From assembly GCA_965222075.1 (NCBI GenBank), contig OZ244937.1, positions 1,536,001 to 1,600,000 of the forward strand: a stretch of 64,000 nucleotides of DNA, in the 5' to 3' direction. This document shows positions 53,801 through 61,903 of the stretch, one piece after another (the stretch's first letter is position 1; every line of letters begins with the position of its first letter). This DNA comes from Candidatus Latescibacterota bacterium (GTDB lineage Bacteria > Latescibacterota > UBA2968 > GCA-2709665). A program made the translations under genes and the position numbers. The notes under the pieces are model-generated. The model was given only the letters and a program-made list of their open reading frames with translations, searched no databases and was not told where the DNA came from.

Positions 53801-54488
53801 GGTCATCCGGAAAAGCCAGGCGCAGGGCCTCCCGCGCATGAAACGGATCTCCGGTCATATAGTACATCGCCATCCGTTTGCTGATACTGTTCCACCCGAA
53901 ATACCCCACCGACCCGTATCCCGCAGAGGCCTCCCATGTCTCAAATTCCCGGATATCCTCCGGAACCTGAACGCCCTTGCCCAGCTGGATCTCCATCAGC
54001 CGACCCACGCAGAGCGTCCCATCGCCGCCCTCTGCCTCCCACACCTCCTCCACGAACACCCCGGCCGCCGAGGCCACGCCCGCCGCGTCGCTGCCCCCCA
54101 CGAAAATCACATTATGCCCGTCCCCGAAAGGCGTGTGCAAAGACCGCACCACAGACCCCCCCGCGCCGGGGTAGCGCAAATCCAGCAGCGTATAGTACCG
54201 GTTGTAAAGCGCCCCGATCGTCCGGTTGGTCGACCGGTTGCCCGGCAGGATCAGATTTCCTCCTATCGGCACCGAGCCTTCTGGAGCATCGTCCGTCGCA
54301 ATCGGCACCCGAACGCCCGAACGCGCTTCAATCGCCACCTGGATCCGGGAAGCCACTGCATCGTAGATGCCGCTGCCAGGGACGATAATCGTGGCATTCG
54401 GCTTCCCCTCTCTCACCAGCTCCGTGTTCAGATGCAGATCCTTGAGTTCCGTGTAGACCGGTAGGATCTGATCTTCATCTGCCGCCAT
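50811..54488 (-). CDS. Divergent paralog of the same lyase-like/propeller family (1225 aa)
   Basis: Shared N-terminal LKDLHL.T.LV..G, YPG.GG, GDGHNVI..GGSD, WDLIEESPVF; C-terminal DLDGDG repeats. Confidence 0.72.
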   Translation of the reverse strand: MAADEDQILPVYTELKDLHLNTELVREGKPNATIIVPGSGIYDAVASRIQVAIEARSGVRVPIATDDAPEGSVPIGGNLILPGNRSTNRTIGALYNRYYTLLDLRYPGAGGSVVRSLHTPFGDGHNVIFVGGSDAAGVASAAGVFVEEVWEAEGGDGTLCVGRLMEIQLGKGVQVPEDIREFETWEASAGYGSVGYFGWNSISKRMAMYYMTGDPFHAREALRLAFPDDRAMAEITEIDGEQIENKDEPLSGPYHYNAHMMILYWDLIEESPVFTDEERLRVTNAFAGQFAHAQDQGARRQVVENVRMGRRGFGDPPLSIGSRHGQWSAISLYCLGRYFQKGYPHPLWEQSMEAAKWHFAPLHHHAWVDGEHDNLFWYNTGMAPVLSYMLLTGDRKLIENGVLATLLRGQEILASGREPDWALNSASIGFLNKAAYLMKDGRYREYLRRTGIDLDIFRLGQSFWPEDDLKPELPTDLVDTWSIHPIPEPMWRGRSGGLPLEGSFLFGSFRSAPDASGDFILIKGMNGASRNPYHTFVILELRLDGQTVLEGYLNQVLIRADGMVEPEVAMDAALRYRDVVGGSAVVVGEVPGAAFCTWRRTLVQRVGRYVLAVDDLAFRADSEDMEVGVLWQGKGAWEALPDGGAVRVAGAGEIRLCDPVETAVGDGQARMAWRGTVQQGSERRFFSLIAAEGTVCARLAENAAVLALPEPAVAAVGAYEGLQAELVVLARDHLHGVNATEVALGASLLSASAPVQVDWDFHSGVLEVVAGGETEIRLGVADGLSVLQVAAGRHRVSGVVPDAGTLEKVTARLEGLLNQGREARRQLAAAGSPVLPDVPSLTSVFASNVGGEVVNLITVSSGEGTRICAAEAQTVHVLTQEGEELRTLQTDGPVRVLHWWEEHGLLLAGCVDEKVIAFDVDTGDRKWVFVSEEDPAVFRAAKPYWFKSAPGHAGIHGLHSGVFLDGKSQAFVGSACTLEMLDENGELVKRLPVFWGPGSRFALIDGPGGSVNLLIARQPTDSHAMAVVNNREMDPKQRSFRDVPAGHTNIGGWACMSRKHIFYEDLDGDGKMEVVSEINGTWNRVTVWADDGTALYNVHLGPGQRIPADNVRDFDIADLDGDGKKELLVAISGGLVLALNHRCEKVWARRLPSPPAVMAWVEAAGACRVVAGCEDGTLVVLDGGGEVVRSGRIAGRPTCIVRVDGDVVLATDEGEVKGWRVGDRW

Positions 54489-54524
54489 CGCGTGCCTCCT
54501 CTCGCCTTTCCGGTTTGCAATTCC

Positions 54525-54923
54525 CTAATACGCGTGCACCGCGTGTCCCTGCCCCGGGAAAAAGATCACATCCAGGACATAGCCCAGGGGTACGGCCAGC
54601 GCATAGCCTACGATCAGCCCGATAAAAAACGGCACCGTCCGGCGGTAGAGCATCATACCTCCGGTCTTGATCACAATCAGCTTGCAGACCCAGGTCACGA
54701 AAATGCTGAACGCCGCATGTCTGGTCAGCGCCAGGTAGGGTACGAACACCCCCATCGGAAAATGTGTCCGGTTCAACCACGATCCCCGGATGATATACAG
54801 GGAGTGAAGGCTCCAGGCATTGTGTACAACAGCAATAACAAGCCCGACGGCCAACGCGCGCAAACTGACCCCCCCCGGTCCCGTCCCCACCGATTCCCCT
54901 CGAACCCGTTCCACAGAGCTCAC
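54525..54923 (-). pseudogene. Internally deleted DUF6785-like gene (N-terminus fused in frame to C-terminus)
   Basis: GVSLRALAVGL (N-terminal) joined to FVTWVCKLIVIKTGG...PFFIGL...FPGQGH (C-terminal); 132 aa versus about 650 aa. Confidence 0.7.
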
Positions 54924-54944
54924 CGGACCGCCTCACAATCGGAT

Positions 54945-55020
54945 ATGAAAAATTGCAAATCGAAAAGCCCTTCGGTAAACCCGATGCCCCAATTTGCAAT
55001 GTGCAACGTGCAATGTGCAA
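54945..55020. repeat. Heptamer tandem/inverted repeats
   Basis: atgaaaa attgcaa atcgaaa ... atttgca atgtgca acgtgca atgtgca. Confidence 0.55.
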
Positions 55021-55027
55021 CAGCTTC

Positions 55028-58000
55028 TTACACCTCCGCCTTCCCCTCCTCCAACGCCAGCATCTCGCCGCCCTGTCGGGTATAGTCCTCCTTCGTCTCC
55101 GGCGGCATCGTCTTCCAGACCAGGAACAGCTTCCGAATATCGTTCAGGAACCCCCGGTTGACCCGTTGCCACGACGTGACATCCCCGCTCAGCCGGCGGA
55201 TCCGAACATCGATCCTGTAGATATCGTGCTCCCCCGTCGACACTGCGTGCATACGCACATCCTGGCTGATTCCCAGATCGTAGGGCGCCAGCCACACCCT
55301 CAGGGCAATTTGGTACTCGACACCCGTCGCCAGTGATTCCGACCGGAAGCGTACATCCTCCGACAGAAACCGCCCGATCGATCCCTCGCCGAACGACTCG
55401 AACGACTTCTCCAGAAACGTATACATCCCCAGCGCCTCCGTGCCGCCCATCGTGAATGGAAAGTCAAACGTCCAGTCGTCCCCATCCGGATCGGGAAACG
55501 CCCACTGCCGGGTCACATCGGGCACAGACAGGTCCTCTGCCTTCTTGGCGGGGTAGAGCGTGGACAGAAACACCGTCAGCATCACCATCATCGTAGAGGA
55601 AACCGCAGACAGCGAGGAATAATTGAGCGACAGTCCCCCAAGGGCTCCCTGTTCGTACAGGACCATCACCACCGTCTGGCCGATCAAATACCCAAACGTC
55701 GCCCCCAGGGTGGCGAAAACCGCCGCCTCCGCCAGGAAGAGCGCCGCAATATGGCTTGGCGCCAGTCCCACGGCCGAATAGATGCCGATCTCCCGGAACC
55801 GTTCATACACGGCGCCCATCATCGTGTTCAGCACAATCAATGCAGCGATGAGCAGCGGGATAAACAGGTTGAACAGTCCCGAAATCGAGGTAGACCCGAT
55901 GGAACTGTAGACCGTGACCTCCTCTCCGATGCCCACGAACATCGTCAGCGAAACCCGGGCCATAAAGTCCTCGATCCGCTGCCGGATGTCCGAAAGAGGA
56001 TTGCCCTGAGCATCTCGAAAACCGGTCACCGCGATCGACCGGAGCGTCCCCCCGGTCTCCATTACAAACGCGTAGGGCAGCAGCATCGTGTTGCTGGCAT
56101 CCAGGTGGACAAACGCCTCGATCGGCTCGGCCGCCACCACCCTGGGGTCCTGGCTCAAACGCCGCCAGTCGCTGGTCCCTGTGGTCTCCATCGTCGTATC
56201 GATCGGGGTCAGCCGTTCGTCGTCCATGTCCTTCATCCGGTCGAACGCCTTCGAATCCAGGATGCCGATCACCTCAATATCGACCCCCATCATGTGCACC
56301 CATGCCCGTCCGGCGTCCACGTCCGCAGCGGAGATCCCGACCAGGTCCGCCAGGTCGCCGGGCAAAATCACCACCTGCCGCTCGCCTTCCCGGAACCATC
56401 TGCCTGCCACCAGCAGCCGGTCGATGCCCATCACCCCCACCTCCTGGGGGGTCACCCCCAGCAGTCCATTGGCAAAACTCCGCTTCCCGTTTCCGATACA
56501 CTCGAAGTCGACATAGGCCCGCTCTCCCCGCTTCTCGGCGATGTAGAACGCCCGGGGCGCCACAAGCGCAAACCCGCTGAAATGGCTCCCCACGTAGTTC
56601 AACACAGAAGGCTGCATCCCCCGCCAGTTCCGGTCCCGGACCATTCCCCCCTGATACGGGGGCCGGTTGTGCCGGGGAAGCGTGTAAAAGCGCAAATACG
56701 TCTGAATCGACGTAAACGAGAGCACCGTAAACGTCAGAAGCGTAAGCGTGACCGCGGTCAGGCCCGTACGCAGCGGCCGCTTCCTCAGATTGGAAATTCC
56801 CAGCGTGAACGCCACGAACGTGGCGGAAAGCCGGCCCACGTCCTCCTGGTATACCCCGGTGGCCGCCCGCTTCATCCGCTTCACCTCATCCGTAAACCTG
56901 GACACCACAATCACGATCGACACCCCGCCCAGGACCAGAATCACAAACGCCAGGAAGATGATATAGGGGGTGTCGGAGAGCTTAAACGCCGGGTGCACCC
57001 AGCGCAGGGCTAAGAACATGGCGATGAAAATGGAGGCGAATCCGATAATCCGCTTCCGAATGTCCGGAAACCCCAAAAACAGCCGCTCGCAAAAGAACGA
57101 AAACGGCAGCAGCAGCATAAAGTAGAAGATAATGCCCCGCACCGTATCGTTGGCCGTCTCCTTCACCTCCGGATAGCCCCTCGCCTCCAGCCCCCACGCC
57201 TCCCTCGCAGCCGCAATAAACCGATCATAGATCCGATTCTCCAGGTGGCGTTTCGCCTCCAGCAGAGACGCCCGTGCCTTCTCGTGCAGACGGAAAAGCC
57301 GCTGATTTTCCACGCCGTAACGGGCCAGCTGCTTCATCCGCACGTCGTCCACGATCCACATATCCTGCGCCGCCCGGTACGAAGGCAGGGTAATCACATT
57401 CCCGTCTGCCACGTAGCCCTCTCCCAGAGATCGTTTCACCGTCTGCCCGTCCACCCGGCTTACCGGATCGGTCAGCAGGTCTCCCGGCGCGTTGATAAGC
57501 AGATACTTGATACCGAACAGTCCGCTGCTCATCAGGATCTTCACCCGTTCTCCGGGCGGGGCAAAGACCACCGCCGCCTGCGTGACCTTTCCCTCCTTCC
57601 GGCCCTGGTTGGCCACGTACCGGAACCCGTACTCCTGAGGCTCGCTGTTGTCTCGCCCCAGCACCTTCATATAGTCCAGCACCGACAGGTATCCCGAATC
57701 CACGATCTCAAACAGGCTCAGCGCCCGGCACCTGAACACCACCCCGATCATCCCGTTCTCCCACCACCCGTATCCCTGCACCAGAGGGAACTTCCCCTTC
57801 TTCCCATCCGGCCCCGCGCCCTCTCTGCCCATGTCCGGGGCCGAGACGACCCGCCCCTCATCGTCGATCTGGTAGGCCAGGATCTGGTTGGAGAACCGGT
57901 TCCTGACAATATCGAACGCAAAGCGCCCGGTCTGCTCAACAGCTTCTTTGGGACCGTAGAGTGGTCCCCTGGACGCGGCACCCTCGTAAATAGGCCCCTT

Positions 58001-59731
58001 TTCGGTCTGGGTCACCATCAGCGTCCGCACCCCGGCCAGGCTCCCCGGCCCCGGCTGTTTGTACGTTACCAGCGCGCCCGGCACCGGCACCCTCGGAATT
58101 GCAAAGTCCACGTCCCGGTCGAACCAGAGGATGCGCCCGGACAAACGGTGCCCGCGGTCCATCAGCCGCAGCTGGTTCTCCCGAAAAAAGGCCGGATCGT
58201 TCCCCGCCTTGATCATCATCGCAGCCACCGAACGCACCTGATCGGTCAGCTGGTCGAACGCCATCCCCTCCGGCAGGTCCAGCGGCGTATCCGCACGCAC
58301 CCTGCCGTCGTAAAGCGTGGCCAGGGTCATCGCCTCCTGGCCCACGAACACCGCCGCCTCGCTGTCGAACCCCAGCGGAACCGGCATAAACGACGTCCAG
58401 GGCCGCTTGGCCGGCGCCACCACATCCACGTAGCGCGCCTCGCCGGGGAACAGCGCCCCCGCGTATTCCCGGAGCCTGTGCGAATAGGGCGTCAACAGAT
58501 TTTTCAGGTACTCGTCCGTCGCCTTCCTGGCATTGTAAAACGTTCCCATCGCAAACCCGCCCACCTGCCGGCTCCGGCTCGACAGGTCCAGCCCCACAAA
58601 CAGGCTGGAATCGATCCGATCTCCGTCCGGAATCCGCTCCCGGAAATAGTCGCTCCGCCGGGAATGCCGGAACAGAAAGTCATTGATACCCGACAATCCC
58701 TCAAAGTGCGCCGACGTGGCCAGAAAGAGGAAGGAATGCTTATAACCGTGACGCTTTAAGGACCGGATCACCTCCAGCAGCGTAGCAATTCCCGAAGCGC
58801 TATCGGCGCCGGGGGCCAGCGCCGGCACCACCGACATCGCGTCGTAATAAGCCTCCACCACAATTACCCGGTCCTTCCACCTCCGGCCCGTCGATCCCGG
58901 AACCGGCGCGTCCGAACCGGGCAGATACCCGTAGACATTCGCCGCCTCCACCGTCTCCCAGTCCATCCGGGCGGTCAAATACACCTGCGTCTCCCCTGAC
59001 GCGACCCGCTTCAGAAGGCGCTCCGCATCCTCCCTGCCGACCCAGAAACGGGGCACGTTCGCCGGCACCTCAAGAAACTTATCCTCCGCCTCCCCACGCG
59101 TCACATTCCCATCGTCGAAGAACAGGATCGCCTTTGCGCCCAGGGCGCGTGCGTTCAGGTAGTTCTGCCCGCACCCAAAATCCATCAACACGACGCTTCC
59201 GTCCACAACCATCCCGTTAAAATCCGAAAACGTCCCTCTCCGCCCGTAGATCAGCGGCCCACCCAGTCCCTCGGCCGGAAGCGTGGACGTGCGCACATCG
59301 TTGGGCCAGAGGCAGTAGATCGGCATCTTTTCGCCTGTCGCCTCCACCTTCAGAACACCGCCCCGGTCGATCGGCACGGTCACATCGAACGTCTCGGTCG
59401 TAATCCACTCCAGCCCCAGCGCCTCGAACCGCGACCGGATGTAGTCCCGGGCTTCCCGGTCCCCGCCGTAGCCCACCACCCGGGACGGCATCCTGGTCAG
59501 CGCCGCCACGTGAGACCGGACCCGGTCCTGGGTAATCGCATCAACCACCCGCCGGACCGCTTTATCCTCGTCGGACAGCCCCCTCTCCGCTTCCTCCCGG
59601 GGCGCTACCTGCCGGATGTCAAGCGTATCCCGCATCACGTCCGACACTTTCTCGGGATCAAACACAACCACCAGCGCGAGAATGCCAAGCGTCAGCAGGA
59701 CCAGGAAAACCCTTTTGATACGATCGAACAT
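55028..59731 (-). CDS. M28-peptidase-like ectodomain fused to a FtsX/MacB-like permease (1567 aa)
   Basis: EAYYD...APGADSASGIA, SAHFEGL; GISNLRKRPLRT, VYERFREIGIYSAVGL. Confidence 0.8.
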   Translation of the reverse strand: MFDRIKRVFLVLLTLGILALVVVFDPEKVSDVMRDTLDIRQVAPREEAERGLSDEDKAVRRVVDAITQDRVRSHVAALTRMPSRVVGYGGDREARDYIRSRFEALGLEWITTETFDVTVPIDRGGVLKVEATGEKMPIYCLWPNDVRTSTLPAEGLGGPLIYGRRGTFSDFNGMVVDGSVVLMDFGCGQNYLNARALGAKAILFFDDGNVTRGEAEDKFLEVPANVPRFWVGREDAERLLKRVASGETQVYLTARMDWETVEAANVYGYLPGSDAPVPGSTGRRWKDRVIVVEAYYDAMSVVPALAPGADSASGIATLLEVIRSLKRHGYKHSFLFLATSAHFEGLSGINDFLFRHSRRSDYFRERIPDGDRIDSSLFVGLDLSSRSRQVGGFAMGTFYNARKATDEYLKNLLTPYSHRLREYAGALFPGEARYVDVVAPAKRPWTSFMPVPLGFDSEAAVFVGQEAMTLATLYDGRVRADTPLDLPEGMAFDQLTDQVRSVAAMMIKAGNDPAFFRENQLRLMDRGHRLSGRILWFDRDVDFAIPRVPVPGALVTYKQPGPGSLAGVRTLMVTQTEKGPIYEGAASRGPLYGPKEAVEQTGRFAFDIVRNRFSNQILAYQIDDEGRVVSAPDMGREGAGPDGKKGKFPLVQGYGWWENGMIGVVFRCRALSLFEIVDSGYLSVLDYMKVLGRDNSEPQEYGFRYVANQGRKEGKVTQAAVVFAPPGERVKILMSSGLFGIKYLLINAPGDLLTDPVSRVDGQTVKRSLGEGYVADGNVITLPSYRAAQDMWIVDDVRMKQLARYGVENQRLFRLHEKARASLLEAKRHLENRIYDRFIAAAREAWGLEARGYPEVKETANDTVRGIIFYFMLLLPFSFFCERLFLGFPDIRKRIIGFASIFIAMFLALRWVHPAFKLSDTPYIIFLAFVILVLGGVSIVIVVSRFTDEVKRMKRAATGVYQEDVGRLSATFVAFTLGISNLRKRPLRTGLTAVTLTLLTFTVLSFTSIQTYLRFYTLPRHNRPPYQGGMVRDRNWRGMQPSVLNYVGSHFSGFALVAPRAFYIAEKRGERAYVDFECIGNGKRSFANGLLGVTPQEVGVMGIDRLLVAGRWFREGERQVVILPGDLADLVGISAADVDAGRAWVHMMGVDIEVIGILDSKAFDRMKDMDDERLTPIDTTMETTGTSDWRRLSQDPRVVAAEPIEAFVHLDASNTMLLPYAFVMETGGTLRSIAVTGFRDAQGNPLSDIRQRIEDFMARVSLTMFVGIGEEVTVYSSIGSTSISGLFNLFIPLLIAALIVLNTMMGAVYERFREIGIYSAVGLAPSHIAALFLAEAAVFATLGATFGYLIGQTVVMVLYEQGALGGLSLNYSSLSAVSSTMMVMLTVFLSTLYPAKKAEDLSVPDVTRQWAFPDPDGDDWTFDFPFTMGGTEALGMYTFLEKSFESFGEGSIGRFLSEDVRFRSESLATGVEYQIALRVWLAPYDLGISQDVRMHAVSTGEHDIYRIDVRIRRLSGDVTSWQRVNRGFLNDIRKLFLVWKTMPPETKEDYTRQGGEMLALEEGKAEV

Positions 59732-59747
59732 CGTTCACCCTCACACC

Positions 59748-61712
59748 CTATTCAATCCACGGATGGATGCTGTGTCCGGCTCCCGGGAACAGGAACATAT
59801 CCACCAGGAACGCCCCGGTAATGCCCAGCACATGCCCAACCAGCAGCCCCAGGAAAAACGGCTGTGCCTTTCGGAACAGCGTAATGCCGCCCACCCGCAG
59901 GATGAGCGACTTGCACGACCAGGCCAAAAATAACGTCAGCGCGAAATTCCGCACCAGGTCCGTCCCCATAATCGTGAATCCCACAGGATGGATGGGCCAC
60001 CACGGGAACCGGTAGCGCAGAAACGTCAGAACCCCCATCACCCCAACCCCGATCCAGAAAAACATGATCCGGTTCCAGTCAACCTCAAACGGCTCCTTGA
60101 TCTTGCTCACCGTATCCGGAAAATTGTGCACGCCCCCGCAGATAAATCCGTGTCCAAAATTTTCGGCCCCCCGGGTGTAGCCCAGGTAGAGCGTCCCCAG
60201 CATCACCACAAACGTCGTCACCAGGAACGACAACCCCACCGCCCAGAACAGACGCCTGCCCCTGTCTCCGATCGGCTCCGACACCTTGGCTACATGCGCC
60301 ATCTGCGACGTCGAACTCGAGTGGATCGGATAGGAAAACAGAAGCGTGGTCAGACTTGAAGGCGACACCTCTTTGGCGCCCAGGAGGTACACCGAAAAAC
60401 TCTGTGCCGTCATCGGACCCTGCACATACAGCAGACCCGACTCCGCAATGATCCGGGCCACACCGATATACAATACAAACAGCATCCCCACCAGCGGAAC
60501 CGCCATCTTCAAATCCATCCCCGCTCGATTCAGCCACACAACCGCAAACACCACGCCCAGCACAATCCCCACAACCGCCGTCCGATACGACAGCATCTCG
60601 TGTGAATCGTCCACCGGATGCTCCGACCGCCACGCCTTCATCACCACATCTTTCAGGTGCCGCCTGGCCATCCACAGCCCGAAAAGCACGAACACGCAGA
60701 ACGCCCCCAACCCCTGCCAGCTCGACGCCGCATCGTAGGACCCGTACCGGTCGCCTCTGCCGCCGATGCTGTAGCCCAGCCGGTTGAAAACCCCGAACTC
60801 CAGCACGAATACCGCGAAGAAGAACCAGACGCTGAACAGCACGTCCAGGTTGGCGAAATAGGAAAACGCAAACGTAAACGGATCGATATAGCTGAACATC
60901 GGCGGCATATCCCGCCCGAAAAACGCGTAGACCCGTCCCCGAACCGGCATCTCGGGAAACGCGGGAGAAATCCAGGGCAGCGCATTCCAGAAAATAAACA
61001 CAAACCCGATGCAGGCCCCAATCCAGAACAGCTTTCCCCGTACGAACTGAGGCCACCATTTGCTCGAATCCGACCCCCTGGCCATCTCCACGATAGGCTC
61101 TATCACAGGATACCGCAGCCGCTCGTGCTCCACCCACTGCTTCCGCAGCACCACCGAAAGCGAAGCCGCTGCAAAAGCCAGCACACAGAACAGCAGCACC
61201 CACCAGAACATCGGCACCACCCACGCTCCCCATGGAATCTCTCCCTGCCCCCCGGCCAGCCCGTTGAACAGCAGCGTCACCGCGCCGTCCACGTCCAGCG
61301 GCGCAATCCAGGAGGGCAGGGAGGGGTGCAGCAACGTGCCCCACTGGTTCTCCGGCGTGGCCAAATAGTAAGGAATGGTAATAAAGGCGAACACATGGGC
61401 GATCGGCGCGCCCCCCACCAGCCCCATCGCAAAAATCGTCAGCATCTCCCGGAGGCTCAACCCGCCCGGGCGTCCGACCCGCTTGAGCACCGGATTCAGC
61501 AGGAACAGGATGATCAGCATTGCCACGAACAGCGCCGGCGAAAGAAAGCCGGCCGTCATCCCGGACGACCGGATCAACCGGCGCGAATAGATCCCCCAGC
61601 CCTGAATGAACAGGGCCACGGCAAGCCCGATGGCGATCGACCGCCCTGTCACCCCCCGTCTCTCCACGCCCACCGCCTCCTCCGGGAGTGAAACCTTCTG
61701 AGGGTGCTGCAT
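59748..61712 (-). CDS. DUF6785/DUF6784-like polytopic membrane protein (putative transporter)
   Basis: Many TM helices; LRKQWVEHERLRYP, WWPIHPVGF, PFFLGL. Confidence 0.75.
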   Translation of the reverse strand: MQHPQKVSLPEEAVGVERRGVTGRSIAIGLAVALFIQGWGIYSRRLIRSSGMTAGFLSPALFVAMLIILFLLNPVLKRVGRPGGLSLREMLTIFAMGLVGGAPIAHVFAFITIPYYLATPENQWGTLLHPSLPSWIAPLDVDGAVTLLFNGLAGGQGEIPWGAWVVPMFWWVLLFCVLAFAAASLSVVLRKQWVEHERLRYPVIEPIVEMARGSDSSKWWPQFVRGKLFWIGACIGFVFIFWNALPWISPAFPEMPVRGRVYAFFGRDMPPMFSYIDPFTFAFSYFANLDVLFSVWFFFAVFVLEFGVFNRLGYSIGGRGDRYGSYDAASSWQGLGAFCVFVLFGLWMARRHLKDVVMKAWRSEHPVDDSHEMLSYRTAVVGIVLGVVFAVVWLNRAGMDLKMAVPLVGMLFVLYIGVARIIAESGLLYVQGPMTAQSFSVYLLGAKEVSPSSLTTLLFSYPIHSSSTSQMAHVAKVSEPIGDRGRRLFWAVGLSFLVTTFVVMLGTLYLGYTRGAENFGHGFICGGVHNFPDTVSKIKEPFEVDWNRIMFFWIGVGVMGVLTFLRYRFPWWPIHPVGFTIMGTDLVRNFALTLFLAWSCKSLILRVGGITLFRKAQPFFLGLLVGHVLGITGAFLVDMFLFPGAGHSIHPWIE

Positions 61713-61738
61713 CTTGCGTTCTCCTTTGCGTTCGTAAC

Positions 61739-61765
61739 CACGAAAGAACACGAAAGAACACGAAA
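61739..61765 (+). repeat. Short tandem repeat (cacgaaagaa)x2.7
   Basis: cacgaaagaa cacgaaagaa cacgaaa, intergenic. Confidence 0.6.
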
Positions 61766-61766
61766 C

Positions 61767-61885
61767 TCACGCTTTCAACGCCTGTGCCTCTCCCGTGCGG
61801 ACCGACTCAAACGCCTTCAGAATAATAATCGTCGCCCGCGTCCCATCCTCTGCCGGGGACGGGGACGGCTTTCCCTCCAGCAAAC
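61767..61885 (-). pseudogene. C-terminal remnant of a Gfo/Idh/MocA oxidoreductase
   Basis: CLLEGKPSPSPAEDGTRATIIILKAFESVRTGEAQ resembles the termini of 38091-39182 and 40190-41194. Confidence 0.5.
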
Positions 61886-61903
61886 AGCGGTCGGAGGATC
61901 TCC

